Shown one piece after another: positions 18,527 to 28,580 of a DNA stretch of 64,000 nt. Under the pieces are notes generated by a model, which was given only the letters and a program-made list of their open reading frames with translations, was not told where the DNA came from and ran no database searches. The position numbers and the translations under genes were made by a program. The number at the start of each line of letters is the position of its first letter. Within the stretch, counting starts at the first letter, position 1. Origin of the DNA: Geminicoccaceae bacterium (lineage in GTDB: Bacteria > Pseudomonadota > Alphaproteobacteria > Geminicoccales > Geminicoccaceae); NCBI GenBank assembly GCA_023512415.1, contig JAILZQ010000001.1, positions 20,008 to 84,007 on the forward strand. Reading direction: 5' to 3'.

Positions 18527-19630
18527 TTGGCCACACCGCAGCCCGATCTCGTCGAGACGGCACGCGACGTCCCGGTCACGCTCTGGCCGCTCGCCAACGA
18601 CAGCCCGAGCGACCTTCTCGTCGTCGCCTTCCAGCAACCGAGCTTCGGCTCCGTGACCTTCGACGCGGAGGCCCGGAGCTTCACCTACACGCCCGCACCG
18701 GGCTTCGTGGGCGAGGACAGTTTCGACTACACCGTCCGTGATACGAGCGGCACCACCGCGACCGCCACGGTCACGATCCGCGTGGTCCAGCCGAACCGTC
18801 CGCCCGTGGCCGTCGACGACGTCGTGACCGTCCCGCCGGGTGGCACGGTCGAGATCGACCCGCTCACCAACGATTCCGATCCCGACGGCGACCCCTTGAG
18901 CCTCGTGGCACTCGGGATGCCGGAGGACGGCAGCGTCGCGGTCCTCGACGGGCGACGGCTGCGCTACGTCCCACGCACCGGCTTCACCGGCCAGGACAGC
19001 TTCACCTACACCGTGCGCGACCCGAAAGGCGCGAGTGCTCCGGCCACGGTCCGGATCCGGGTCGAGACCCCCAATCGACCGCCGGTCGCCGGTCGCGATC
19101 GGATCACGGCCGCGACCGGCGTTCCGGTCACGATCGACCTGCTCGCCAACGATTCCGATCCCGACGGCGAGCCGCTGACCGTCACCGCGCTCGGCATGCC
19201 GGAGCACGGCAGCTTGAGCTTCCTCGGCCAGGGTCGGGTGACCTACACCTCCGCACCCGGCTTCGAGGGCACCGACCGCTTCGACTACACGATCGGGGAC
19301 GGTCGCGGCGGCTCCGCCACCGGCGAGGTCGAGATCCTCGTGAGCCGCTCGAATGCCGCGCCGGTGGCACGTGACGACAGCGCGACCACCGAGGCCGGCA
19401 CCCCGGTCACGCTCGATCTGCTCGCCAACGACACCGATTCGGACGGCGATCCGCTCACCCTCGTGGGGTTGAGCGTACCCGCGCGCGGCCGCCTCGCGGT
19501 CGCCGCCGACCAGCGCGTCACTTACACGCCGGATGCCGGCTTCGTCGGCCAGGACAGCTTCACCTACACGGTTCGCGACTCGCGGGGCGCCACAGCGAGC
19601 GCCACGGCCACCGTCACCGTCACCCCGCCG
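18527..19630 (+). repeat. Four tandem ~279-bp (93-aa) coding repeats (cadherin-like domains)
   Basis: Units run 18527-18793, 18794-19072, 19073-19351 and 19352-19630. Units 2-4 begin N(R/A)(P/A)PVA and share ...NDSDPDG(D/E)PL(S/T)...G(F)xGxDxFxYT... Confidence 0.8.
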
Positions 19631-22600
19631 GCTGCGCCCTCGACCTTTCTCAACGGCTATCGCTACCGCCGGCGGATCGTGATCCCCCGGCACGTCGTTC
19701 GCGGCACGGCCCCGCTCGCGGGCTTCCCGCTGCTCGTCCTCGAGGGAGGCCCCTGGCTGCGGGATACGGCCCGAGGTGGCCGAGTCGAAAGCGCGCAGGG
19801 CTACGATCTGCGCTTCGAGCTCGAGAACGGCACCAAGCTGCCGCACGATGTCGAGCGCTACGATCCGATCACGGGTCGGCTGATCGCCTGGGTCCGGCTG
19901 AACGAGCTCCGTCCGAACGACGATCTCGTTCTTTTCCTCTACTACGGCAAGGCCGGTCTCGCTGCGAGCGAGGCCGATCCGGCCGCCACTTGGCGCGACT
20001 ATCTCGCGGTCTGGCACCTGCCCGACCCGACCGATCGCACCGGTCGCGGGCGCAATCTCCTCGCCACTGCGGTGAGCACGGCCGAGGGCCCGATCGGTGC
20101 GGCCGGCCGGTTCGACGGCACGGGAAGCGAGCTCACCCTCGCCGATCCCTCCTTCCTCGACGGCCATACCGCGCTCACCGTTCAGCTCTGGGTGCGAAGC
20201 GACCGGCTCGACAGCGATCGCGGCCTGCTCGTCTGCGGCCCGATCACTGGCCGCGACTTGGACGCCGCCTTCGTCCTGCGGCACGCGACACGTGGCCTCT
20301 ACAGCAGCCGGGCGCGGGTCCTGACGGTCGAAATGGCGCTCGCTGACGGCCGTATCGTGTACGAGAGCAGCCCCGGCCGCGCCGACGACGCCCGCCACGC
20401 CCTGGCGCTCGTCTTCGACCGCGGCGAGGGCGCCACGCTGGTCGTCGACGGCATCGCCGACACACCGTCCTATGTGGTCGGCAGCACCCTGCTCGGCCCC
20501 ACCCGCATCGGCCGTGGTCCGCTCCGGATCGGCACCGGTCCTCTGGAACCCTCGGCCGGCCGCTGGCTCGGGCTGATCGACGAGCTGCGCGTGCGGGCTT
20601 CGGCCCTGCCCGCGGCCTGGCTCGCCATGGAACACGCCAACCAGCGCGATCCCGCGAGCTTTTACGGAATCGGTGGCGAAGATGCGTTCGGCGATCCGGC
20701 CGCGGCCCCGGTCGCGGTCCCGCTCACCGCGAGCACGGCACTCGGCGCTTCCGTCGTCCTCGATCCGCTCGCCGCGGCCCTCTTGCCCGGTGGTGGCAGC
20801 GCAACTCTCGCCGCGGTCGGGACGCCCACGGCTGGCACGGCGGTGATCGAAGCCGGCAAGATCCGCTACACGCCGCCTGCCGGTTTCACCGGGACCGCCC
20901 GCTTCACCTTCGAGATCCACAAGGACGGCAAGACCTCGATCGGCACCGCGACGGTCCGCGTCGAGGTCCGTGCGGCCGAAACTTCGGCCGAGCAGGATCG
21001 CCCCTTCGCCGACCGGCTTTACGGTAATCCCTATCACGCCGATTCGCTCGCGACCCGGCAGCCGGTGCCGAACGGCCCCGTCGCCAAACGCTTCCTCGCC
21101 GATCGCACGGGCACGCTCGCCGCGGTCCGCTGGCCCTGCCAGATCACCGCGGGTGACGGCGGCGAGGTGGTCGTCAAGGTCGAGACCGACTATCAAGGCA
21201 AGCCGTCGGGGTTGGCGATCGGCACCACCGCGATCAACGGCGGGGCGAGTAGCCTCGCCGGCCAGGGTCCGCTTCCGCTCTGGAGCTTCGAGCAGCCGGT
21301 CCCGGTCGAGGCGGGGCGGGCCTACCATCTCGTCTGGTATCAGCTCGCCGCCGCGGGGCGCTGCGTGGTCGTCCACCATCGTGCCGACGTGCCGATCCCG
21401 GCCGGGCAGAATCTCCGCGGCGGCCCCTACGAGGGCGACGGCGGCACGATCCATCAACAGGTCTCGAGCCTGTGGCAGCCGGGCAACGAGCACGGCGGCT
21501 TCCTCCAGCTCGTCTGGTCGGACGGCCTCGTGACCGGGAACCCGATCGTCGCCGGCTCGCCCGGGCTCAAGAAGAGCTTCGGTGGCCCCGTCATGATCCG
21601 CGAGCGGTTCACCGTGGCGGACTACACGCGCAAGATCGACGGGGTGTGGCTGCGGGTCTGGTGGGAGGGCGGCACGCCCTCCGACCTCCTGGTTCGCCTC
21701 GAGACCCTCGAGGGAACCCTGCTCGAGCAGCTCGCGGTGCCGCGCAGCGCGCTCTCGCAGACCCGCAACGTCGTCGGTGACACGACGAGCCCCCCGGCAG
21801 CTTGGGTCCATCGCCGCTTCACCCGGACCCACACGCTCGAGCGGGGTCGCAGCTACGCCCTCCGGCTGAGCGCCTCGACGGGCAACTACATCGTCCACGC
21901 CGTCCAGCGCAGCGACCTTCCGAGCCGCGAGCAGTGGCCGCAGGCTTGGGCCGAGGTCAGCACCAACGGCGGCAGTGCCTGGCGCGGCTGGGACGACGGT
22001 ACCGATCCCTCGGGCGTGGCGCGGACCGATTGCCACCTCCCGCTCGCCTTCACCCTCGCCGGCAGCCTCGAGCGGCTCGGCGTTGACAGCCTGATCGGGA
22101 CCGCCAATTGGAACCTCGGTGATTTCCGTCGCCTCGCCGAGGATGCCGGCTTGGGCGACGATCTCGGCGAGGCCCGGACGGTGGCGAACGGCGGGACGGC
22201 GTGGGCGCATCTCGGGTTCCCGACGCCGAGCCGTCCCCCCGTCGGCCGTCAGACCTTCCGGATCCGCGCCCGCTGCTCGGTCGCGGGTGGAGCGATCAGG
22301 GTCGAGCTTTTGGAGAACGGGGTCTTGCGCCGGGATCTCGGCACCCAGCCTCTCGGCACGAGTTTCTCGACCCTGAACTTCACCTGGGACGCCTCGTTGC
22401 TCGCCGATCGGTCGGGGGCCGGCGTGGAGCTCAAGCTCTGGCTCGTCGACAATCTGCCGAGTGGCTTCTACGTCGTCGACGCGGTCGACTGGCTCGCCGA
22501 TCCGGCCGGATCGCAGAGTGTGGGCGGCGGTGGCGGCGGTGGTAGTGGCGGCGGTGGTACGATGCCGGTGGCGTGGGGCTCGGTCCCGCCGCTCGGCTCC

Positions 22601-23650
22601 TGGCACGGGATCGGCCAGCCGTTCAGCTTCGCGTACAACAGTCAGGGACAGCTCGTCTGGCAGCCGCTGCGGGACTACAACGAGTGGCTCGGCCGGCCGG
22701 CCAACATCGTCAAGGTTTGGCCGAACATGTCCTCGGCCGGTATTCCTAACTGGGACGGGATCGCCGGTGGTGCCGGTTCGTCGGATGCGACTTGGGCCGG
22801 GCAGCTCAACGAGGTCAACCCGAACCGCGCGTTCGACCCGACCTATTGGCCGGTGGCGAACCCTGTCGTTCTTGCCCTTACAGCAGTGCCGCTCAGCCAC
22901 GGGAACGCACGGAACAGCTCGACAGGTCAGTGGGGGCGATCCGGCATCTGGGCGGAAATCGCCGCCGGCAACTACGACGTCTACTACCAGCGCTTGTTCC
23001 GCCGTATCGCCCATCGTTGCGGGCAGGCCGGCCGAGACCCACGGACGGTCGTGATCCGCTGGAACTGGGAGGCGAACGGCGATTGGTACACACACAGCAT
23101 CGGCCCGGACAAGGCGAACTTCGTGGCCGCTTGGCGCCGCTGCATGGACATCATGCGCAGTGCGGTGGGTGCCGTGCTCGGCGCCGGCAAGAGCTTCCTG
23201 ATCGAGTTCGGTCCGGCGGGGCACCTCAAGTTCGGCAACGGGGTGAGCGAGCGGCTCTGGAACGTCTATCCCGGCGATGACTGGGTCGACATTTGCGGAC
23301 TGGGCATCCACGACCAGGTCGGCATCACGGTGCAGGCCGACTGGGATCGGTATCTACGCTATCCGGCTACCATTGCCGGCACCACCTTCGAGGGCATCAT
23401 CGACTGGTTCGACTTCGCGCGGTCGAGGAACAAGCTGGTCGGCACCAGCGAAATCGAGAGCAACTACAACGGCAGGCAGTATTTTCCCAAGACCCAGAAC
23501 ATGAGCGTCATGTGGACGACGGGCTTCGAGCCCCTCCGACGGCGCTATGCCGGCGCGTTCGCCTACTTCATCTACCTGTGGACCGGTGACAGCGCGTTGA
23601 AGCGAGCAGACGGGTGGGGGGAGCCGTACCGCCAGCTCTACAAGCCCTGA
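18527..23650 (+). CDS. Giant multidomain carbohydrate-active protein: 4 cadherin/Ig-like repeats, DUF2341-like, LamG-like, further Ig-like and beta-rich regions, Gly linker, C-terminal GH26-like glycanase domain
   Basis: 1707 aa with a TTG start. Repeats carry the (L/P)xNDSDPDGDPL and FxYTVxD motifs. LNGYRYRRRIVIP...DLRFE...PHDVERYD resembles DUF2341. WHLPD...GRFDG...ALTVQLWV is LamG-like. GGGGGGSGGGG forms a linker. VVIRWNWEANGDWY resembles the GH26 acid/base motif (HEMNGxWF). Confidence 0.75.
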   Translation: MATPQPDLVETARDVPVTLWPLANDSPSDLLVVAFQQPSFGSVTFDAEARSFTYTPAPGFVGEDSFDYTVRDTSGTTATATVTIRVVQPNRPPVAVDDVVTVPPGGTVEIDPLTNDSDPDGDPLSLVALGMPEDGSVAVLDGRRLRYVPRTGFTGQDSFTYTVRDPKGASAPATVRIRVETPNRPPVAGRDRITAATGVPVTIDLLANDSDPDGEPLTVTALGMPEHGSLSFLGQGRVTYTSAPGFEGTDRFDYTIGDGRGGSATGEVEILVSRSNAAPVARDDSATTEAGTPVTLDLLANDTDSDGDPLTLVGLSVPARGRLAVAADQRVTYTPDAGFVGQDSFTYTVRDSRGATASATATVTVTPPAAPSTFLNGYRYRRRIVIPRHVVRGTAPLAGFPLLVLEGGPWLRDTARGGRVESAQGYDLRFELENGTKLPHDVERYDPITGRLIAWVRLNELRPNDDLVLFLYYGKAGLAASEADPAATWRDYLAVWHLPDPTDRTGRGRNLLATAVSTAEGPIGAAGRFDGTGSELTLADPSFLDGHTALTVQLWVRSDRLDSDRGLLVCGPITGRDLDAAFVLRHATRGLYSSRARVLTVEMALADGRIVYESSPGRADDARHALALVFDRGEGATLVVDGIADTPSYVVGSTLLGPTRIGRGPLRIGTGPLEPSAGRWLGLIDELRVRASALPAAWLAMEHANQRDPASFYGIGGEDAFGDPAAAPVAVPLTASTALGASVVLDPLAAALLPGGGSATLAAVGTPTAGTAVIEAGKIRYTPPAGFTGTARFTFEIHKDGKTSIGTATVRVEVRAAETSAEQDRPFADRLYGNPYHADSLATRQPVPNGPVAKRFLADRTGTLAAVRWPCQITAGDGGEVVVKVETDYQGKPSGLAIGTTAINGGASSLAGQGPLPLWSFEQPVPVEAGRAYHLVWYQLAAAGRCVVVHHRADVPIPAGQNLRGGPYEGDGGTIHQQVSSLWQPGNEHGGFLQLVWSDGLVTGNPIVAGSPGLKKSFGGPVMIRERFTVADYTRKIDGVWLRVWWEGGTPSDLLVRLETLEGTLLEQLAVPRSALSQTRNVVGDTTSPPAAWVHRRFTRTHTLERGRSYALRLSASTGNYIVHAVQRSDLPSREQWPQAWAEVSTNGGSAWRGWDDGTDPSGVARTDCHLPLAFTLAGSLERLGVDSLIGTANWNLGDFRRLAEDAGLGDDLGEARTVANGGTAWAHLGFPTPSRPPVGRQTFRIRARCSVAGGAIRVELLENGVLRRDLGTQPLGTSFSTLNFTWDASLLADRSGAGVELKLWLVDNLPSGFYVVDAVDWLADPAGSQSVGGGGGGGSGGGGTMPVAWGSVPPLGSWHGIGQPFSFAYNSQGQLVWQPLRDYNEWLGRPANIVKVWPNMSSAGIPNWDGIAGGAGSSDATWAGQLNEVNPNRAFDPTYWPVANPVVLALTAVPLSHGNARNSSTGQWGRSGIWAEIAAGNYDVYYQRLFRRIAHRCGQAGRDPRTVVIRWNWEANGDWYTHSIGPDKANFVAAWRRCMDIMRSAVGAVLGAGKSFLIEFGPAGHLKFGNGVSERLWNVYPGDDWVDICGLGIHDQVGITVQADWDRYLRYPATIAGTTFEGIIDWFDFARSRNKLVGTSEIESNYNGRQYFPKTQNMSVMWTTGFEPLRRRYAGAFAYFIYLWTGDSALKRADGWGEPYRQLYKP

Positions 23651-23677
23651 CCTCCGCTCCGACCCGCAGCCCCGAGC

Positions 23678-23708
23678 GGGCCGCGGCACCCTCGCGGTGC
23701 CGCGGCCC
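23678..23708. terminator. Perfect 13-bp inverted repeat between convergent genes (bidirectional terminator candidate, no T-tract)
   Basis: GGGCCGCGGCACC-CTCGC-GGTGCCGCGGCCC lies between the giant-gene stop (23650) and the GT-C gene stop (23719). Confidence 0.45.
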
Positions 23709-23718
23709 ATCGCCTCGC

Positions 23719-25449
23719 TCAGCGCGCCCTTGCGGTTGCCGGAAGGGGCAGCGCCCCACAGATCTCGACCGCCTCGCTCGGCTCGTGCCGCCAGCGATAG
23801 GCGAAGACGTGGCTGTCGGTAGGCATCTCGACCGGTTCCGCGAGCCGGTCGAGCACCGCGACGGCCTCGGGAGTGGCGAGGTAGGGCCGCCGCCAATGGA
23901 GCGCGGGCGCGAGGAACAGCCCGCTGGGTGCACAGCGGATCACCTTCTCGAGCGCCTCGAGGCTGCCGATCACCGGGCGGCCCGTTCGTGGGTCGCGATC
24001 GAAGTCCGCGCGGTTGTCGGGTGGCAGCTCGGCGAGCTTCGACGGATTGAACAAGATATCGTGTCGATCGAAGTAGAAGAGCGGTCCGAGCTCCTCCGTG
24101 TTGATCACGACCGTCGCCTCGGCGAGCATGGGAACGAGCACCGGAGCCGCCCGTCGCCAGTCGGTGTCCGGCGTCTCGGGGCCGAGCGGCAGATCGGCGA
24201 GCACGCTCGCGCTCCGGAGCCAGAACGGGTTGGCGAGCAACAGCGTCGCGAGCGCGCCACCGATCAGCGCACGGCTCGCCAGCCCCGCCGCGCCGCCGAG
24301 TTCGGCTAGGGCACGTTCGAGGCGTTCCGTGAGCCTACGGACCACCGGGACGAGGGAGGGGAGCAGCCCCGCGATCGCCAAGCCCCAAACGATGAACAGA
24401 AAAGGCTGGGCATAGGCCAGATAGCGCAAGCCTTTCGAGCCACCGAACGAGCCGATCAGGAACGAGACCGCGAACACCACGGTCGCGACCCCGCCGAGGC
24501 GTGGTGCCCGGGCGATCGCGAGGATCGCGAGGACGCCGATCGTGGTCCACAAGGTCGGGTACAACAGAAGATACCAGATGTAATAGAACCAAAATTGTTC
24601 CTTCATCGGTAGATTGAAGAGGGGAGGCTCGCGGTAGAGCGCCCAAAGCTCGGCCAACCGGCCGCTGGCCAGAGCGAGGCCGAGAACGCCAGCAGCGAGG
24701 AGAGCTCCACCGAGCAGCCGGGACAGCCGAGCCGGCCAGGACAGATCGGCACGCCGGAGAAGGCGCAGGACGAGGACGGGGACCGCCCAAGCCGCCAGGG
24801 CGGCGAGCCCCAGATAGGTGGTCGGCTGGAGTTGGACGGCGAGGAGGGCGAGCCCTGCTGCAGCGAGCAGGCGGAGCAGCTGGACCACCGGCCGCGCCGG
24901 CCTACCCAAGGTCTCCACGACGAGCCAGGTGCTGCCGAGGAACGCCAGGGTCTGGAGGGCGTAGAACCGGCAGAACTGCGCGATCTCGATCGCGAAGGGC
25001 GAAACCGCGTAGAGCCCGGCGACGAGCGCCGCAGCGGTCGGCCCGGCCTCGCGACGGACCCAAAGGAAGAGCAGAAGGACAATCGCCACGGTCGCGAGGA
25101 CCGAGGGCATCCGCGCCGCGACGAGGCTCTCGCCCAAGAACCGAAAAGAGGCGGCCACCAAATGCGTGAACAGGACGCCGCGCCGATAGACCCCCTCGGC
25201 GATCCGCGGCTCGCCCGTCTCGAGCAGCCCACGGGCTGCCAGCATGTGGTAGAATTCGTCGGGATTGTCCGAGGGCTGGTCGAGGTTGACGAGGTAGAGC
25301 AGGAAGCTCGCGACACCCAACGCCGCCCCGCTCCAGAAGCCCGGGTTCTCGGCCACACGCTGGTCGAGGGCGTCCGTCACCCGAGCGCCCGGTGTGACTC
25401 CGTTCCGACGCATGCGGTGGTTCCGTTCCGCAGTCCTCACTTCCGGCAT
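23719..25449 (-). CDS. GT-C fold membrane glycosyltransferase (ArnT/PMT, GT39-like)
   Basis: 576 aa with many TM helices. The first-loop motif SDNPDEFYHMLAARGL is DE-type as in ArnT/PMT. It has a C-terminal soluble domain. An alternative start is M13 (25413). Confidence 0.7.
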   Translation of the reverse strand: MPEVRTAERNHRMRRNGVTPGARVTDALDQRVAENPGFWSGAALGVASFLLYLVNLDQPSDNPDEFYHMLAARGLLETGEPRIAEGVYRRGVLFTHLVAASFRFLGESLVAARMPSVLATVAIVLLLFLWVRREAGPTAAALVAGLYAVSPFAIEIAQFCRFYALQTLAFLGSTWLVVETLGRPARPVVQLLRLLAAAGLALLAVQLQPTTYLGLAALAAWAVPVLVLRLLRRADLSWPARLSRLLGGALLAAGVLGLALASGRLAELWALYREPPLFNLPMKEQFWFYYIWYLLLYPTLWTTIGVLAILAIARAPRLGGVATVVFAVSFLIGSFGGSKGLRYLAYAQPFLFIVWGLAIAGLLPSLVPVVRRLTERLERALAELGGAAGLASRALIGGALATLLLANPFWLRSASVLADLPLGPETPDTDWRRAAPVLVPMLAEATVVINTEELGPLFYFDRHDILFNPSKLAELPPDNRADFDRDPRTGRPVIGSLEALEKVIRCAPSGLFLAPALHWRRPYLATPEAVAVLDRLAEPVEMPTDSHVFAYRWRHEPSEAVEICGALPLPATARAR

Positions 25450-25582
25450 TTAGCCGACCATGCTCCACCTGTCTGCCCACCCCTGCTCCCGAGGCTTTTC
25501 CCACAGGGAGCGAAAGGCTTCAGACGACCTGATCTTCCGGTTATAGTGCCGCCGGTTCTAGGCGTGACGGAGCGGACCTCAC

Positions 25583-26808
25583 GTGATCGCCAAGGTCGAG
25601 CCGGGCTCGAGCCGTGCCGTGCTCGGCCTCGGTCGGGTCGGAACGACGACTGCCGAACAGGCCGCGGTCGCCGGATACCGGCCGGACCGGAGGATCGACT
25701 TCGATCCGCACAAGCTGGTGGCGTTCGCCGCCGGCCGCTCGCCGGTCGCCGAGCCCGGTCTCGACGCGCTCCTCGAGTCACCAGCGCGATCCGGCCGCCT
25801 CGCCGTGAGCCCGACGATCGAGCCGATCCTCGACGGACTCGAGGTGGTCTTGGTCTGCCTCGGAACATCGGCGGGCCCCGACGGCCGGCTCGACCTCACG
25901 GCCCTGCTCGACCTGTTGCGCCAGCTCGCTCGCAGGTTGCGGCGGCGCTTTCCCACACGCGCGCTGCTCTGGATCGTGGAGCGCAGCACGATCGTGCCCA
26001 AAACGATGGATCGGCTGGTCGTCCCCACGCTCCCCGCTGAAGCGCGTGCCGAGCCCGGCTCGCGCTTCGACGTTGTCTACAATCCCGAGTTCCTCCGTGA
26101 AGGAAGCGCTCTTGAGGACCTCGCTCGCCGGCACGTATCCTCCTCGGCAAGCGCTTTCCACGAGCGAGTTGCCGTCTCCTCGGGATCTACGACGCGGTCC
26201 AGGAAACGCTCCTCGACGTCTCGTTCCGTCTCAACGAGATCGTCAAGCTGCTCGACAATTGATTCTGCGCCCTCAAGGTGGCGTTCGCCAACGCGCTGGG
26301 CTGGATCGCGCTCTCCGCGGGCGTCGACCCCGGCGGCCTCGCCGAACTCATGCTGATGGACCGCACGCTCAACCGCTCCTCGGCCTATCTGCGGCCGGTA
26401 GGACCCTATGGCGGGCTCCGCTTCGGGAAGGACCTGCAGGAAACCGTGGCCTTCGCGCAGGACGCCGGCCTCACGCTGCCGGCGCTCGCTGCCGTTCCGC
26501 GGAGCAACGATCGGCGCGTCGAATTCCTGCTCTTGCGGATCCGCACGGCCGTCGTGCCACCGGGGGCCGCTCTCCTAGTCGGCGCCTCCGTCAAGGATGG
26601 CACGGACGATCTGCGCGGGCGCCCGAGTCTGGCGTTCCCCGAGCACCTCCTCCTGGCAGGTTACGAGCTTCCGGTGGTCGACCCGGCCCTCGACGGAGCC
26701 GCGCGCCGCGCTCGCCTCGTGGTGCTCGCCAAGATGCTCCCGGGGCTCGTCGCCCGGCTACCGACGGGCCTTCCGGTGGTCGACATGCCGCGGCTCCCGC
26801 CGCCGTGA
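25583..26808 (+). pseudogene. Decayed GDP-mannose/UDP-glucose 6-dehydrogenase-family gene (frameshift, in-frame TGA, lost catalytic Cys)
   Basis: Frame 2 gives LGLGRVG...SPVAEPGLDALL...NPEFLREGSALEDLARR. The homology then continues in frame 1 from about 26128 (PARILLG...LLGIYDAV...EIVKLLDN). It is interrupted by TGA at 26260-26262 and resumes as FCALKVAFANALGWIA... The GGSC(F/L)PKD active-site motif reads GGLRFGKD (CGC at 26419-26421). Confidence 0.7.
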
Positions 26809-26938
26809 GCGTGATCACCCCGCACGTGCATCACCAACACATGGTGTCCGGCCGGTGAGACCAGACGAAAAGGCCCTGGGCCACATCGCGCCGCCCGCCG
26901 GAACCCACCGGCGCCGACCCTCCGTCCGTGCCACCTTG

Positions 26939-28267
26939 ATGCCTGCTGCAGCACTCCCGCATCCCGTCTTCCGGACGCTGAAACGTCTGTTCGGCGCGCT
27001 CTTCTCTTTCGAAGCCCTGTTCGCCCTCTTTCTCTACTCGAACAACATCAAGCCCTTTTTGCCATCCCTACCCGTCGACGAGACCATTCTCTTCGGCGCA
27101 GCCAGTCTCCCCTTCGCTGGGTTCCTTCTTTGGCGACGTGGCCTCCCAGCGCGCGGTCTGCCCGCGACGGCCATCGGCCTTCTCCTCTTCGGTTGGCTCG
27201 CCTTGTCCATGCTCTGGAGCCCCGCCCAATTCCTAGCCGCTCGCGCCGTCGCGTACAATCTCACGTTCAATCTCTATTGCTTGCTCGCGGGCGCTCTGGT
27301 CCTCGCCGCCGATCGTCTCCGTGTCCGTCGCTTCCTCGTCTTCGTCCTCCTAGTCGCTCTTTTCCTCTCGGTTCACGGGTTCTGGATCTATCTGCAGTAC
27401 GGCACCTTTCGTTTCTATAGTGGTTTCGAAGGAATTCAAGCTTATCTCCTCTGGACCTTTCCTGTCTCCACCGCGAGTGCGATCCCCCTCACCCTCGCCC
27501 TCACCGCTCCTCTCGGTACGCTGCGTCAGATCGTGAGCCTGGCTCTCGCCCTCTTCTTCGGCGCATTCCTCCTCGTTGCCAGTGCTCGTGGGCCCATGCT
27601 CGCCTATCTTTTCTCTTTCTTTTTTCCACTCCTGATACACCCGCCCCGGGTCGGCCACGGCTCCCTGCAGATTCCAGCATTTTACGTTTTTCTCCTTTTT
27701 CTCACCAGCTCCCTCCTCTTGCTTCTCCTCGGTTTCCTCGCCTCCGGCGATGTCCCACCGACAGTCGAACGCTTCATTGATCTGCTTGGCTACATCAGAG
27801 CCGGCGGGGTCGCCGTCCGCTTCGACCGACTCAGTTACTGGTACCACGCCATCCAATTTTGGTCCCGTTCACCCCTCTTCGGTATCGGGATCGGCGGCTT
27901 CTCGTATCTCTACGCCTTCGGGCGCGAAATCCCCGGCACACATCCACACAACGTCGTTCTCGAGCTCCTCGCCGAAACGGGTTTGGTCGGTGCCTTTCTT
28001 TTCTTTACCTTGCTTCGCGTCAGTCTTCGCGATTTTTCGATCCGTCGCCTCCACCACGATCGTCTCTACCTTTGTATCTTCCTGATGTTTGTGGGCCTTC
28101 TCGTCGTCCGCGCGATGACCTCTACCGACCTGGCGAATCAGTGGGAATTATTTCTTACAATCGGCCTTCTCACCTTACCGCCCGCTCCGTCAACGGCCCA
28201 CCACGCCGTCCCCTCCCCCTCGCGCCCAAGTTCGGATCGCCGGACCCGGAAAAAAGGACAAGGATAA
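26939..28267 (+). CDS. O-antigen ligase / Wzy-type polymerase family membrane protein
   Basis: 442 aa from ATG 26939, about 10-12 TM helices. ASARGPMLAY and GIGIGGFSYLY...THPHNVVLELLAETGLVG are typical of the Wzy_C/O-antigen ligase domain. G+C is markedly lower than in the flanks. Confidence 0.75.
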   Translation: MPAAALPHPVFRTLKRLFGALFSFEALFALFLYSNNIKPFLPSLPVDETILFGAASLPFAGFLLWRRGLPARGLPATAIGLLLFGWLALSMLWSPAQFLAARAVAYNLTFNLYCLLAGALVLAADRLRVRRFLVFVLLVALFLSVHGFWIYLQYGTFRFYSGFEGIQAYLLWTFPVSTASAIPLTLALTAPLGTLRQIVSLALALFFGAFLLVASARGPMLAYLFSFFFPLLIHPPRVGHGSLQIPAFYVFLLFLTSSLLLLLLGFLASGDVPPTVERFIDLLGYIRAGGVAVRFDRLSYWYHAIQFWSRSPLFGIGIGGFSYLYAFGREIPGTHPHNVVLELLAETGLVGAFLFFTLLRVSLRDFSIRRLHHDRLYLCIFLMFVGLLVVRAMTSTDLANQWELFLTIGLLTLPPAPSTAHHAVPSPSRPSSDRRTRKKGQG

Positions 28268-28580
28268 AATCCGTGGCATTTCCGCGCGCCGGCCTTGGCA
28301 GACTCGCCTGCACTCGGACGAGGGAATAACCATAACGAGAACTGCGATCGCTTGTTCCCGAGCCCCCGACCTCCCTCGGAGGGAGGTGACAACGCCTGCC
28401 GCTGCTCGACCCACGCACAGGAGCCACACAGGTACCACGCGGAGAGACGTGATCATCCATAACGGATCCCGTGACAACACCAAAATGCGCAGCGTAGGCA
28501 ACGCCACCTCGCCCTGCAGTCGAAGCCCCATCGAATCTCCGCTCGGGTCGGCGAGGTCGAACCGTCCGATCCCGAAAGAA

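Noticed and set aside
18476-23311. 1611-aa ORF on the minus strand opposite the giant gene
   Set aside because: It mirrors the frame of the + strand gene. The text is Arg/Gly/Ala/Asp-rich with no recognisable domains, whereas the + strand encodes clear repeats and a GH-like domain. This is a typical antisense open frame in high-G+C DNA.
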